Source: a virus
Taxonomy: Duplodnaviria > Caudoviricetes
Direction: 5' to 3' (one strand)
Length of the DNA stretch: 64,000 nucleotides
Virus record (IMG/VR): IMGVR_UViG_3300027994_000006
Coordinates: 16,898-80,897 of that record
Part shown: one piece after another, positions 1-8,510 of the stretch
Layout: each line of letters begins with the position of its first letter
Numbering within the stretch: the stretch's first letter is position 1
The notes under the pieces: model-generated
Database searches by the model: none
Told to the model about the DNA's origin: nothing
The model's input: only the letters and a program-made list of their open reading frames with translations
Translations under genes and position numbers: made by a program

Positions 1-73
1 TTGACGGGTTCAGAGAATTAGAAAGTGAGGTTGTTAAAGCGACAACTGAGGAATTATAATTAATAAATTAACA

Positions 74-340
74 ATGAAAACAATTTATAAATACGCAATA
101 AAACCGGAAGAATTAACACAGCTTAATTTACCAATGGGTGCAGAAATATTGACAGTTCAATCTCAAAAAAACAACGTTTGTTTATGGGCCTTAATTGATA
201 CGGATATGGATGAACCAGAAGCCAGAACCATAGAAATAATTGCCACGGGAAACCAAATAATTGATTCTGGAAGAAAATACATATCTACATTTCAATTATA
301 CGATGGTGACTTAGTTTTTCACGCTTTTGAAAGATTGTAA
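74..340 (+). CDS. Conserved phage hypothetical protein
   Basis: 88 aa, TIYKY...LWALID...TG...YISTFQ...LVFHAFE pattern of a widespread small phage family; A-rich translation start. Confidence 0.75.
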   Translation: MKTIYKYAIKPEELTQLNLPMGAEILTVQSQKNNVCLWALIDTDMDEPEARTIEIIATGNQIIDSGRKYISTFQLYDGDLVFHAFERL

Positions 341-362
341 TTAATAAAAATCTCCTACACAA

Positions 363-620
363 ATGCAAGCAATACAATTCATACAAATAAACCCGCAGGA
401 TTTCAAAGAAGAAATTATCAATGGTTTTTTAAAAGCGATTGGTAAACCAAAAGATGAAGAGATTCTACTTACTCAACAAGAAGTTGCTGATTTTTATAAA
501 GTATCAAAAGCAACTATCATAAAATGGCAGAAGTCTGGAAAGATAAACGCTTATTCCATAGACAACGAAAGACGCTATAAAAAAAGTGAATTATTGTCGG
601 CTTTAATTTTAATGAAATAG
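363..620 (+). CDS. xis: Excisionase / MerR-like HTH DNA-binding protein
   Basis: LLTQQEVADFYKVSKATIIKWQKSGKI...RRYKKSEL winged HTH; adjacent to integrase. Confidence 0.8.
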   Translation: MQAIQFIQINPQDFKEEIINGFLKAIGKPKDEEILLTQQEVADFYKVSKATIIKWQKSGKINAYSIDNERRYKKSELLSALILMK

Positions 621-871
621 GTCTAAAATAACAATACTAAAAACATTGCAGACTAAATGTAGGCTAATATTAAAAATAAAAAACTCTAAAATACTATGGA
701 TAAGCAGATTAGAGTTTTAATAAGTGACCTCGACAGGACTACATTCAATTAAATCATTTATAATCAAATAGAATAAAAACGTTTTAATTAATTGATTCTA
801 TGATACTTTAAATACGTTTTAATTAAACCTTATTCAATATCATTAAATCAATTGTCGGCTAAATGTCGGCT
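595..871. other. Putative intact attP: 17-bp core GTGACCTCGACAGGACT (724-740) flanked by arm-type repeats TGTCGGCT-like (595-602, 647-654, 658-665, 853-860, 864-871)
   Basis: Reverse complement of the core, AGT-CCTGT-CGAGGTC-AC, parses as T-loop end, T-stem 3' strand, acceptor 3' strand, discriminator and C of a tRNA; no 5' tRNA half; repeat pairs at 11-bp period on both sides; ACGTTTTAATTAA direct repeats at 779-791 and 814-826. Confidence 0.7.
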
Positions 872-877
872 TTTATA

Positions 878-885
878 TATCTTTG
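878..885 (+). promoter_or_regulatory. Bacteroidota -7 box (TATCTTTG) of the integrase
   Basis: Matches TAnnTTTG, 14 nt upstream of the int ATG, next to the arm repeats. Confidence 0.65.
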
Positions 886-899
886 TTGAAAATTAAAAG

Positions 900-2090
900 A
901 TGGCCTCTATTAAATTTCTTCTACAAAGCTCTTCGAATCCAGCGAATATCTATGTGAGGCTAATTGACGGAAGAAAAGTTGATATAAAAACAAAAACAAA
1001 CTTTATTATAAATCCAGACGAGTGGAGCGCTATCAAACAACGTCCAAAAAACTTAAAGAACGAAGCATCTAAAAACTTAGATTCCAACCTGCAGAATCTC
1101 AGAACAAATCTACTCAATTATTACAATAAAAATAATGCCGGGGAGATAAATTTAGCTTGGTTGAAAAACTTCATAAATCCAGAAGATAATAAAATTCCCA
1201 AAGATTTAGTCTCCTATTTTGAGTTTTATCTAACCGAGAGGGGGAATGAAATTAGCCATAGAACATCATTAAAGATAAAAGTTGTCCAGAATAAATTAAA
1301 GGAGATCGAAAAACAGAAGCGTAAAACTTTTCTGCTTAAAGATATAAACTTAAATTTTAAGAAAGAATTCGAGAAGTACAATAAAGATAATGGGTATTCT
1401 CCAAATACTATTCTCAGTAATCTGAAGGAAATAAAATCCATTTGTTATCACGCTAGGAAAAAAGGACTACAAATTAATTCTGAAGTTGAAGATTTTAAAA
1501 CATCTCAGAAGAAAGCAGAAAGTATATATCTAACATTTAACGAATTGGATAAACTAGAAAAACTCGATCTAAAGGTTGATGACTGGAAAGACGCTCGTGA
1601 TTGGCTCTTGATTAGCTGCTACACAGCTCAAAGAGTATCCGATTTTATGCGTTTCCAAAAAGAAATGATACGTGTTGAAGGGAATGTAAAGTTGATCGAA
1701 TTCGAACAAAAGAAAACAGGGAAAATGATGACACTTCCATTGCATAAAAAGGTAATCGAGGTTTTGAATAAAAGGAATGGAGAATTTCCACCAAAAATAG
1801 CTGAGCAAAAATATAATGAATTAATCAGGTCGGTTTGTAGAAAGGCGAAAATTGAAGATGTAATCTATAGTGGAAAGATGATAGAGAAAAGAAAAGTGAT
1901 GGGTAACTATCCAAAATATGAACTGGTTTCTTCTCATATTGGCAGGAGATCTTTTGCGAGCAACTTTTATGGTAAAATACCAACTTCTTTACTAATAAAT
2001 GCAACTGGACATAGCACGGAGCAAATGTTCCTGGTTTATATAGGCAAAAGCAATTCTGATAAGGCTATACAGTTGAGTGAATACTTCTAA
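900..2090 (+). CDS. int: Tyrosine integrase (Bacteroidota type, with N-terminal arm-binding domain)
   Basis: Catalytic set: AQRVSD (R), QKKT (K), HIGRR (HxxR), TGH (H), LVY (Y); 396 aa. Confidence 0.95.
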   Translation: MASIKFLLQSSSNPANIYVRLIDGRKVDIKTKTNFIINPDEWSAIKQRPKNLKNEASKNLDSNLQNLRTNLLNYYNKNNAGEINLAWLKNFINPEDNKIPKDLVSYFEFYLTERGNEISHRTSLKIKVVQNKLKEIEKQKRKTFLLKDINLNFKKEFEKYNKDNGYSPNTILSNLKEIKSICYHARKKGLQINSEVEDFKTSQKKAESIYLTFNELDKLEKLDLKVDDWKDARDWLLISCYTAQRVSDFMRFQKEMIRVEGNVKLIEFEQKKTGKMMTLPLHKKVIEVLNKRNGEFPPKIAEQKYNELIRSVCRKAKIEDVIYSGKMIEKRKVMGNYPKYELVSSHIGRRSFASNFYGKIPTSLLINATGHSTEQMFLVYIGKSNSDKAIQLSEYF

Positions 2091-2091
2091 T

Positions 2092-2122
2092 TTGTCCGAA
2101 ATATAGTAAATTTTTCGGACAA
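2092..2122. terminator. Inverted repeat between convergent int and phosphoesterase genes
   Basis: TTGTCCGAAA-N11-TTTCGGACAA, perfect 10-bp stem just after the int stop. Confidence 0.45.
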
Positions 2123-2195
2123 GAATTAAAAAAAATAACCCACTCTCGCAAGCAGGTTAAATATCATTTGTGTTTTTGTATTTGTGTTTTTGCCC

Positions 2196-3365
2196 TTAAA
2201 AGAAATATTCGTTGATTGTTTTTCTGTTTTTATAATAGTTGAATAAAACAAAACCTCGCTGTCCTTTCTGAAAATTAGTCTGCACCCAATTTGAACTTGG
2301 AGACAGAGCCGGATAATTATAATATTTGAATAAGTCTGAACTTGAATTATCAAACAAGTATTGATGGCTATCGCCTTTCTCAAAGATAATTTGGTAGCCT
2401 TTATTTAGGAGATCAGTGGCGCTTAGGTAACCTACTATTTTATTTATCTGAGCCGGATCTAATTTTGGTTTGAATCCAAACTTCATATGTGTAATATCTT
2501 TTCCGTGAGTAGTCACAAAGCAGTAGTTTCCGTTTATTGTATAGTCAAGGAATTTGGTTTGATTGATTACTAAAACCTGACTGTATGCTTTTTCAACGTA
2601 AACCTTTAATGCAGAATTTAAACAATAAGAAAAGTCTCCAGAATGATTATCATTATTAATATTGTGAATTTGAATGGTATCAAAGTAGGGTAGTAACGAT
2701 TCTAATAAAGTAATTTTGAATTTCAAACCCAAATCAAAAGCATCCTGATTGGAAAGATTCTGAACCAAATGATGTCCTCCACGAGTTGTCTGACCATTGA
2801 ATCCATCGAGGTAATCACCAAGTTCAACAATAATCAAGTGTTTTGATTTCTGGTTATTAATTGTGAATCGTATAATTTCTGTAAGCGTTTTCCAAATATC
2901 ATCCGTATTCCAGGATAGATTATAAAGGCTATTTCCTTTATCTGAAGCATCCATTCCAATATGCACATCACTTAAAACAAGTCTGTCAAATTCGGCATCG
3001 TATTCTTTTGTAGACTTTGTCTTATCAACTTTAATTGGTTTTACATTCTTGAAAGCATTTTCAAAGTCGAAGTTTTTAATATCAAAATTAGAAGGAGAGA
3101 AGTTTGGATTCTTAAAATGAAACGAGCCTGTATCTGTCTTTATCCACCCGTATGGAACATCTTTAACACTCAATCCCATATCATCAGCATTTTCCTTTAT
3201 ACCATCTTTTACAAGTGTTCTCGGGTTTGTGGTGCGAAATAAATCAAGCTTACTTAATTTATCTTTAGATACTGAATATTTTGGATTACAGTTTCCTATT
3301 TTAGATTTTATTTCAATTCCAAGATATTCTGCTTCTTCCGGCGTTAGCCTTACTCGTATACTCAT
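2196..3365 (-). CDS. Calcineurin-like metallophosphoesterase
   Basis: SDVHIG (DxH), LGDYLDG (GDxxD), NDNH, THG and GDSH motifs in order. Confidence 0.85.
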   Translation of the reverse strand: MSIRVRLTPEEAEYLGIEIKSKIGNCNPKYSVSKDKLSKLDLFRTTNPRTLVKDGIKENADDMGLSVKDVPYGWIKTDTGSFHFKNPNFSPSNFDIKNFDFENAFKNVKPIKVDKTKSTKEYDAEFDRLVLSDVHIGMDASDKGNSLYNLSWNTDDIWKTLTEIIRFTINNQKSKHLIIVELGDYLDGFNGQTTRGGHHLVQNLSNQDAFDLGLKFKITLLESLLPYFDTIQIHNINNDNHSGDFSYCLNSALKVYVEKAYSQVLVINQTKFLDYTINGNYCFVTTHGKDITHMKFGFKPKLDPAQINKIVGYLSATDLLNKGYQIIFEKGDSHQYLFDNSSSDLFKYYNYPALSPSSNWVQTNFQKGQRGFVLFNYYKNRKTINEYFF

Positions 3366-3394
3366 TTATTGTTTTGTGTGGGCGATTTGTAGTA

Positions 3395-3434
3395 CGAAAG
3401 TACGTCCAAGTGGATATTTACTTGTGTTTGCTTA
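3395..3434 (-). promoter_or_regulatory. Late-class promoter TAAGCAAAC-N23-TACTTTCG
   Basis: Same 40-bp geometry as five other sites; 30 nt upstream of the phosphoesterase ATG. Confidence 0.5.
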
Positions 3435-3965
3435 ATATTTTTGATTAAATACAGCTTTACTACGGTTCATCCAGCCTGCTAAGAATTTTTTCAAACTTAC
3501 TAAACTCACATAGAAAGAATCTCTTTTTTGTTTTAAACAAGCTTCAGTAACGTTATTCATTTTTGAAATTGTAACTGCACCAATAATCCCATCTGCCGTT
3601 ACACCAGCGCAAGATTGCATAATTTTAATTGCCCTTGAAATTCCCACATTATAGGCCATATCAAAATAATAAAGCTTAGTGTCATACGGCATTTTCTCTG
3701 CTCGGATAGCTAGATAGAATTTAACAAAAGCAATATATGACGCTTCGTCTCTGGTTGTGTCTTTAAAGTCATTAAAGTCTGTGAATAAGTGACTCCAATT
3801 ATTCCAGGTAATACCCCATAATGTCCAACCACCTGAGTCTCCGGAAACTTTATGTAGTTTATTTCCTCCTTCCCATTGCATTACAATTGGAAAGATGTTT
3901 TCTTTGAAAAAATCAAACTCTGATTGGTAGTTTTTAGCTATCGCTTTATATTCGGCTAGGTTCAT
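3432..3965 (-). CDS. Endolysin, glycoside hydrolase family 108 with C-terminal peptidoglycan-binding region
   Basis: WEGG...DSGGWTLWGIT catalytic EGG motif; DGIIGAVT and FLAGWMNR C-terminal motifs. Confidence 0.9.
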   Translation of the reverse strand: MNLAEYKAIAKNYQSEFDFFKENIFPIVMQWEGGNKLHKVSGDSGGWTLWGITWNNWSHLFTDFNDFKDTTRDEASYIAFVKFYLAIRAEKMPYDTKLYYFDMAYNVGISRAIKIMQSCAGVTADGIIGAVTISKMNNVTEACLKQKRDSFYVSLVSLKKFLAGWMNRSKAVFNQKY

Positions 3966-3995
3966 ATTGCTTAATTATAACCGCAATATAATCCG

Positions 3996-4577
3996 CTATA
4001 TAAGGTTTTTAAGTTTTGCTAAAACACCAACATACCATTGGCTTTGTTTTGTTCTCTTCCAAAGTTGCTGAATAAGTATTATGAAGGCGATTCCTCCCAA
4101 GAAAATCAAAACATACAGCCACCAATAGTCACGCTTGCTTTCAACCTTCAAAGTCTTATTTTTTCTTAGTTCTTCATTCTCTGTTTTAAGATTGAGATTT
4201 TCTTTTGTTTTTTGAGCGAGTTGTAATTCTGTGGTTTTATCGGTTTTGGTTTTCTGCTGTTCGTTGCCGATCTTTGTCTCAGAGTTTGGAAGAACCGGAA
4301 TCGCAGATTTGTTTCCGTTCTTGTCAGTTATAGTAATTGTAGATTCGGAACATTTGTCCGATGCGAATAGTGGAACAATAGAGATATTCATTTTAGAAAT
4401 ATCATCTACAGTATATTCTGTTGTCTTCGATTTTAAGTCAACATCAGAAGTTGCGGAGTAATTAATTTCTTGTTTCTCTGTAGTCTTGATTTCTTCTTTA
4501 ACTAAATCTTTCTTTCTGGAGGTTGCACAAGAAAGAAGAATGGTGGTTGCGATTATCGTATGGATTATTTTTCTCAT
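3996..4577 (-). CDS. Lipoprotein with C-terminal TM helix; unimolecular spanin candidate
   Basis: Lipobox ILLS-C17; TM YWWLYVLIFLGGIAFIILIQQLW near the C-terminus; next to endolysin. Confidence 0.65.
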   Translation of the reverse strand: MRKIIHTIIATTILLSCATSRKKDLVKEEIKTTEKQEINYSATSDVDLKSKTTEYTVDDISKMNISIVPLFASDKCSESTITITDKNGNKSAIPVLPNSETKIGNEQQKTKTDKTTELQLAQKTKENLNLKTENEELRKNKTLKVESKRDYWWLYVLIFLGGIAFIILIQQLWKRTKQSQWYVGVLAKLKNLI

Positions 4578-4578
4578 A

Positions 4579-4989
4579 TCAATCTATATATTTTTTCACA
4601 CCATTTTCATATCGGAACATCCTTATCCTTACAGAATCTTTATTTAAAAGCCTTCCTACCCATTTACGCTTCACCTCTTCCCAATAAATAATTTCATTAT
4701 CTTGCTTTGTTGCCGAGGACTTTTCTGATGCTTTTGCTAACTTGTAATTCTTAGAAACTTTTATTTTCTTTTCGGCCTTTAGGAAGGCAATTCTTTCCCG
4801 GATCTTTTTGAGAAAAGTCATCTGTTTTTGGACTTCTTTCTCCTTAAGATACCTTACGCTATCAATAGTCTTCTGTTCTTTTAATATAATTTCTGCAGTA
4901 TTTTTTGCTACGAAAGATAATGTGTCCGGGTTTTGGCAAAATACCATCAAAGGCAGGCTAAGTGCTAAAATTTTTAATAATGCTTTCAT
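4579..4989 (-). CDS. Secreted protein in the lysis cassette
   Basis: Signal peptide MKALLKILALSLPLMVFC-Q (Gln at +1 as typical of Bacteroidota). Confidence 0.7.
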   Translation of the reverse strand: MKALLKILALSLPLMVFCQNPDTLSFVAKNTAEIILKEQKTIDSVRYLKEKEVQKQMTFLKKIRERIAFLKAEKKIKVSKNYKLAKASEKSSATKQDNEIIYWEEVKRKWVGRLLNKDSVRIRMFRYENGVKKYID

Positions 4990-4990
4990 C

Positions 4991-5389
4991 TTATAATGTG
5001 TTTAGTGTTTTCTCAAGTTCCTTTGTTTTCTTTCTTTGATTTTCAAGCGATTCTAGTTCCAAATGCTTTTTATCTGTAACATATTTTTCAAGATTTTGAT
5101 AGAAAAGAATATATTTCTGAGTTACTGCGATACAATCATAATTATCTAACTTGTCTTGAATTACAGCAACATCTTTTTCTAACTTGATATTCTTAGTTTT
5201 TACGTCCGTAATATCTTTTACATACTTAATTTCTGCACTCACATAACCCACATCCCTTTGCCAAAATGCAATTGCAAATCCACCAGCAAGCAAAAGACCA
5301 AATAAAACAACTGCACCTAATGGTTTTGATAGTAGTGTAATAGCTTTTCTCCAAGCCCCGAAAAATAGATCTGTGTATTGTTTTATCAT
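4991..5389 (-). CDS. Membrane protein with coiled coil; holin/inner-membrane lysis protein candidate
   Basis: TM GAVVLFGLLLAGGFAIAFW followed by heptad-rich region; first gene of the lysis cassette. Confidence 0.5.
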   Translation of the reverse strand: MIKQYTDLFFGAWRKAITLLSKPLGAVVLFGLLLAGGFAIAFWQRDVGYVSAEIKYVKDITDVKTKNIKLEKDVAVIQDKLDNYDCIAVTQKYILFYQNLEKYVTDKKHLELESLENQRKKTKELEKTLNTL

Positions 5390-5464
5390 TTTTTAGTATG
5401 ATTTTTAATGTTTCTAAAATAAATGTAGCTGTCTGCTATATCCTGATGATACAATTATTATGTT

Positions 5465-7264
5465 TTAACTATTTAATAAACTTTGAATAACCGGTTTAAT
5501 TATGGTTCCTAATATTGCGTGTCCTGCAGGATACGGATGGACACCATCAGATGCGTAATATGTTAAATTATCTGCCGTTGCTACATCACCCATAATGCTA
5601 ACCGAAGGATTTCCAAAATCTGCTAAAGCATCATAAAAAGAGGGATTTGTTCTTATAAGATTATTAAGATAATTTCTATATATTTCCCAATTACTTCCAG
5701 GGCCACCATTATCAGATGCACTACCTGATGGTAAACAAGTAACAGCGATTACTTTTGCTCCTGCATTTCTTACTGCTGTATAATAATTTTTTAATCTAAC
5801 AAAATAGGCATCGCATGCTGCATTAGATTGGAGTAAAACATTATCATTTCTCCCTATTAAAAGAGACACAATAGCTTTACCTCCTCCTTTTCTTACTTCT
5901 GCAATCCTATCAAGCATATAGGGTAGATCCGCTTCCACAAAATTAAGTGAATGTCCTGATGTTGCTAAATTAAGATGACCTAAAGATTCATTGTTATCAA
6001 AGATTTCATCAGACATTCTATATGCATAAGATTTACCTTGAGGTGCTGAATAAGCTGCTGTAATGGAATCTCCTTCTGCTAAATACCAATTTCTTTTCTT
6101 TATATCTCCTGTATATGTAAATAGTTTTTTTCTTGCATTTTTTACAGCATGATACCACTCTTCGGGTGTTAACTTTTTATCCCAAATGGTACACATTGCA
6201 AGATCACCTACAAAATTACTTGTAGATGGTAATCTTGTTAACAAGGAAAGAGTCTGTATTTTCTTTGAAACATAACCTGTGTTAAATGAAGTTATAACTT
6301 CATTTACATAAGTTAAAGCCTGAGTGCTGTCATAAGAAATTCCTAATATTATAAATCCTTGATTAGTTAATTTACCTGTTCCATAGGCTAGCGATCTTGA
6401 AAATGAAGGTTCACCATCTACAATAGATAATGATACATCTAGCAAACTAGTCCCCAGAATACCATCGTCTATTGTTGACAAAATAGACTGTGTTGTTGCT
6501 GAATTAATTCTTAAGGCAAACAATGCTGTCATAGCAGTCCATTCTTTAGGGACAGGGAATTGTGGTGACTGTAGTGCTAATGGAGTATTAGTTATAAATT
6601 CTCCATTTTTTGTAATAGGATTTCTAATCCCATAAGGCTTCATTGCATGCCCGTCATTACCATCATCTATATAATTTGGGATTGTTTCTGATGCAGGATA
6701 AAGTTGCAATTCATCAATGTAAAATAATTGAACTCCCATACCAATCTGAGAACCTATAACAAAAAATGTATTTGCACTAGCATTAGTAACTGTACCATTT
6801 ACACTGATAGTTTGCCAAGTATCTCCAATATCAAAATTTGTTGTGGCTGTTGTTGTGCTAAACCCATATCTTAATTTCTGAGTAACTCCTGATACTGCTG
6901 ACTTAATCTTAAATCTAAACGTATAATTGCCTACAGGTAACATTCTATTAAAAAATGGTTTATAAAAAGAACTTGAAGTTTCGCCTCCTACTGTGTTAGG
7001 AACGGTTACTTTGGCAGCACTAATCAAATAATTTGGACCATCTACATTATGCTGTAATATGCTACCGCCACCAGTAAAGGTTCCTTCCATTGGTAATAAA
7101 CCACTTGAATTATATATTATATTCTTACTTGGTCCGTGACTAGAATTTTTATTTTTCCAAGTTGCATTAGTTGTTCCTACATCTTTAGAACTAAAGTTGT
7201 AAATTGCTGTTAGATCTTCAGGATTTGGTAGTCCATATAAATTGAATATTATTGGTTGGCTCAT
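5465..7264 (-). CDS. Tail spike/fibre: CBM-like + concanavalin/LamG-like + SGNH esterase
   Basis: SGNH blocks GDSIT, ATSG, GRND and DGVHP intact; central LamG-like FVGDLAMCTIWDKKLT; N-terminal WQTISV...FYIDELQL jelly-roll pattern. Confidence 0.8.
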   Translation of the reverse strand: MSQPIIFNLYGLPNPEDLTAIYNFSSKDVGTTNATWKNKNSSHGPSKNIIYNSSGLLPMEGTFTGGGSILQHNVDGPNYLISAAKVTVPNTVGGETSSSFYKPFFNRMLPVGNYTFRFKIKSAVSGVTQKLRYGFSTTTATTNFDIGDTWQTISVNGTVTNASANTFFVIGSQIGMGVQLFYIDELQLYPASETIPNYIDDGNDGHAMKPYGIRNPITKNGEFITNTPLALQSPQFPVPKEWTAMTALFALRINSATTQSILSTIDDGILGTSLLDVSLSIVDGEPSFSRSLAYGTGKLTNQGFIILGISYDSTQALTYVNEVITSFNTGYVSKKIQTLSLLTRLPSTSNFVGDLAMCTIWDKKLTPEEWYHAVKNARKKLFTYTGDIKKRNWYLAEGDSITAAYSAPQGKSYAYRMSDEIFDNNESLGHLNLATSGHSLNFVEADLPYMLDRIAEVRKGGGKAIVSLLIGRNDNVLLQSNAACDAYFVRLKNYYTAVRNAGAKVIAVTCLPSGSASDNGGPGSNWEIYRNYLNNLIRTNPSFYDALADFGNPSVSIMGDVATADNLTYYASDGVHPYPAGHAILGTIIKPVIQSLLNS

Positions 7265-8491
7265 TTATCTATTGTATACAGTTAAATAATAAATAGTTCC
7301 ATCAGACGAAGTGAGCGTTGCTTGGCTTCCCTCACCACCATTTAATACTTTAGTTAAATCTAAATCCTTTATTATAACACCTGATCCTGCTGTAAATGTT
7401 ATAGTTCCAGTACCTGTTTTCATTAGTGTTAATGCAATTGGTGCAGATCCCGATAAACATTCAAAATTTATATTATTTGAACCATTTGCTATCTCTGTTG
7501 TTCTCCCATTCATACCAAGCGAATTAGAATCAACTGTATTACTATTAATACTTACAGCTGTGGTAATTTTAATCAATGGAGTCATTGAATCTTTTACTAA
7601 TTTAGCTGTTGGATATTCATCATTTGTAGGTGTAGTGCTCCAAGAAGATTTTTTATTAGATAGATTTTCTTTATTGGCTAATAATGTTGTTAATGACGAA
7701 TTAGTAATATAATTTTGACTTGTAACCCAACCTTGATACTGTGTAATTGTATGATATAACGAAAGGTCTACAATTCCTGCAAGTTTATCCCAGCCAGGCG
7801 AACCTGTATTATTGTAATTTTCAATCCAAACATAATTATCGCCCGTATCAAGTAAATTCCAAACATCACCAAATTTTCTATCAGTCGTTGGGAGTGATGC
7901 GAAATTAGCGACATTACCTTTTGCTGTATATGTGGCGGATAGTTTGCTGTCTATTTCATTTTTATTATAATAGTTTGTTGAAACAAATATCTGAGAAGCA
8001 TAATTTTTATTGTTTACCCAAGTCTGTATCGAAGTTTCTAATATTGGCAAGTCTGTTTTTAATGAATAAAATTCAGCATCACTAAATTCTGATAATTTTA
8101 TATAATCAGAGGAACTAATTGTTCCTCTATTTCCCGATGAAGCAGGATAAATAGAAATATTATCATCAATTATATATAAAGGATTTGTAACTCCAATAAT
8201 TGTCCCCCCACCGCCGGAACCCCCACCTTTTTTAAAAAGTAATGGCGTGAGGACTTCTGATAAATCTTCGTAGTTTGTGTAAACCGTACCATCTACTGTG
8301 ATGTCTTCTATTTTTTCAGAAAAAAGTAAATCTCCTGTATTAGCTTGTGTAGCTTTTACATAGAAATCAACATTATCTTTATATATCTTTTTTAATTCAA
8401 AGATTTTCGCTTTCACCTCAAATTCTGAGTAGTAATCCTTCTTGAACTTGAAGGAGTCTGCGGTGTTTGTTTGTATTGTTATTTTTGCCAT
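7265..8491 (-). CDS. Tail fibre protein
   Basis: KGNVANFASLP...GDVWNL and KENLSNK...YPTAKLV fibre motifs; Gly/Thr-rich; position in the tail operon. Confidence 0.7.
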   Translation of the reverse strand: MAKITIQTNTADSFKFKKDYYSEFEVKAKIFELKKIYKDNVDFYVKATQANTGDLLFSEKIEDITVDGTVYTNYEDLSEVLTPLLFKKGGGSGGGGTIIGVTNPLYIIDDNISIYPASSGNRGTISSSDYIKLSEFSDAEFYSLKTDLPILETSIQTWVNNKNYASQIFVSTNYYNKNEIDSKLSATYTAKGNVANFASLPTTDRKFGDVWNLLDTGDNYVWIENYNNTGSPGWDKLAGIVDLSLYHTITQYQGWVTSQNYITNSSLTTLLANKENLSNKKSSWSTTPTNDEYPTAKLVKDSMTPLIKITTAVSINSNTVDSNSLGMNGRTTEIANGSNNINFECLSGSAPIALTLMKTGTGTITFTAGSGVIIKDLDLTKVLNGGEGSQATLTSSDGTIYYLTVYNR

Positions 8492-8510
8492 TACTTATTT
8501 GTGTTTTTAT

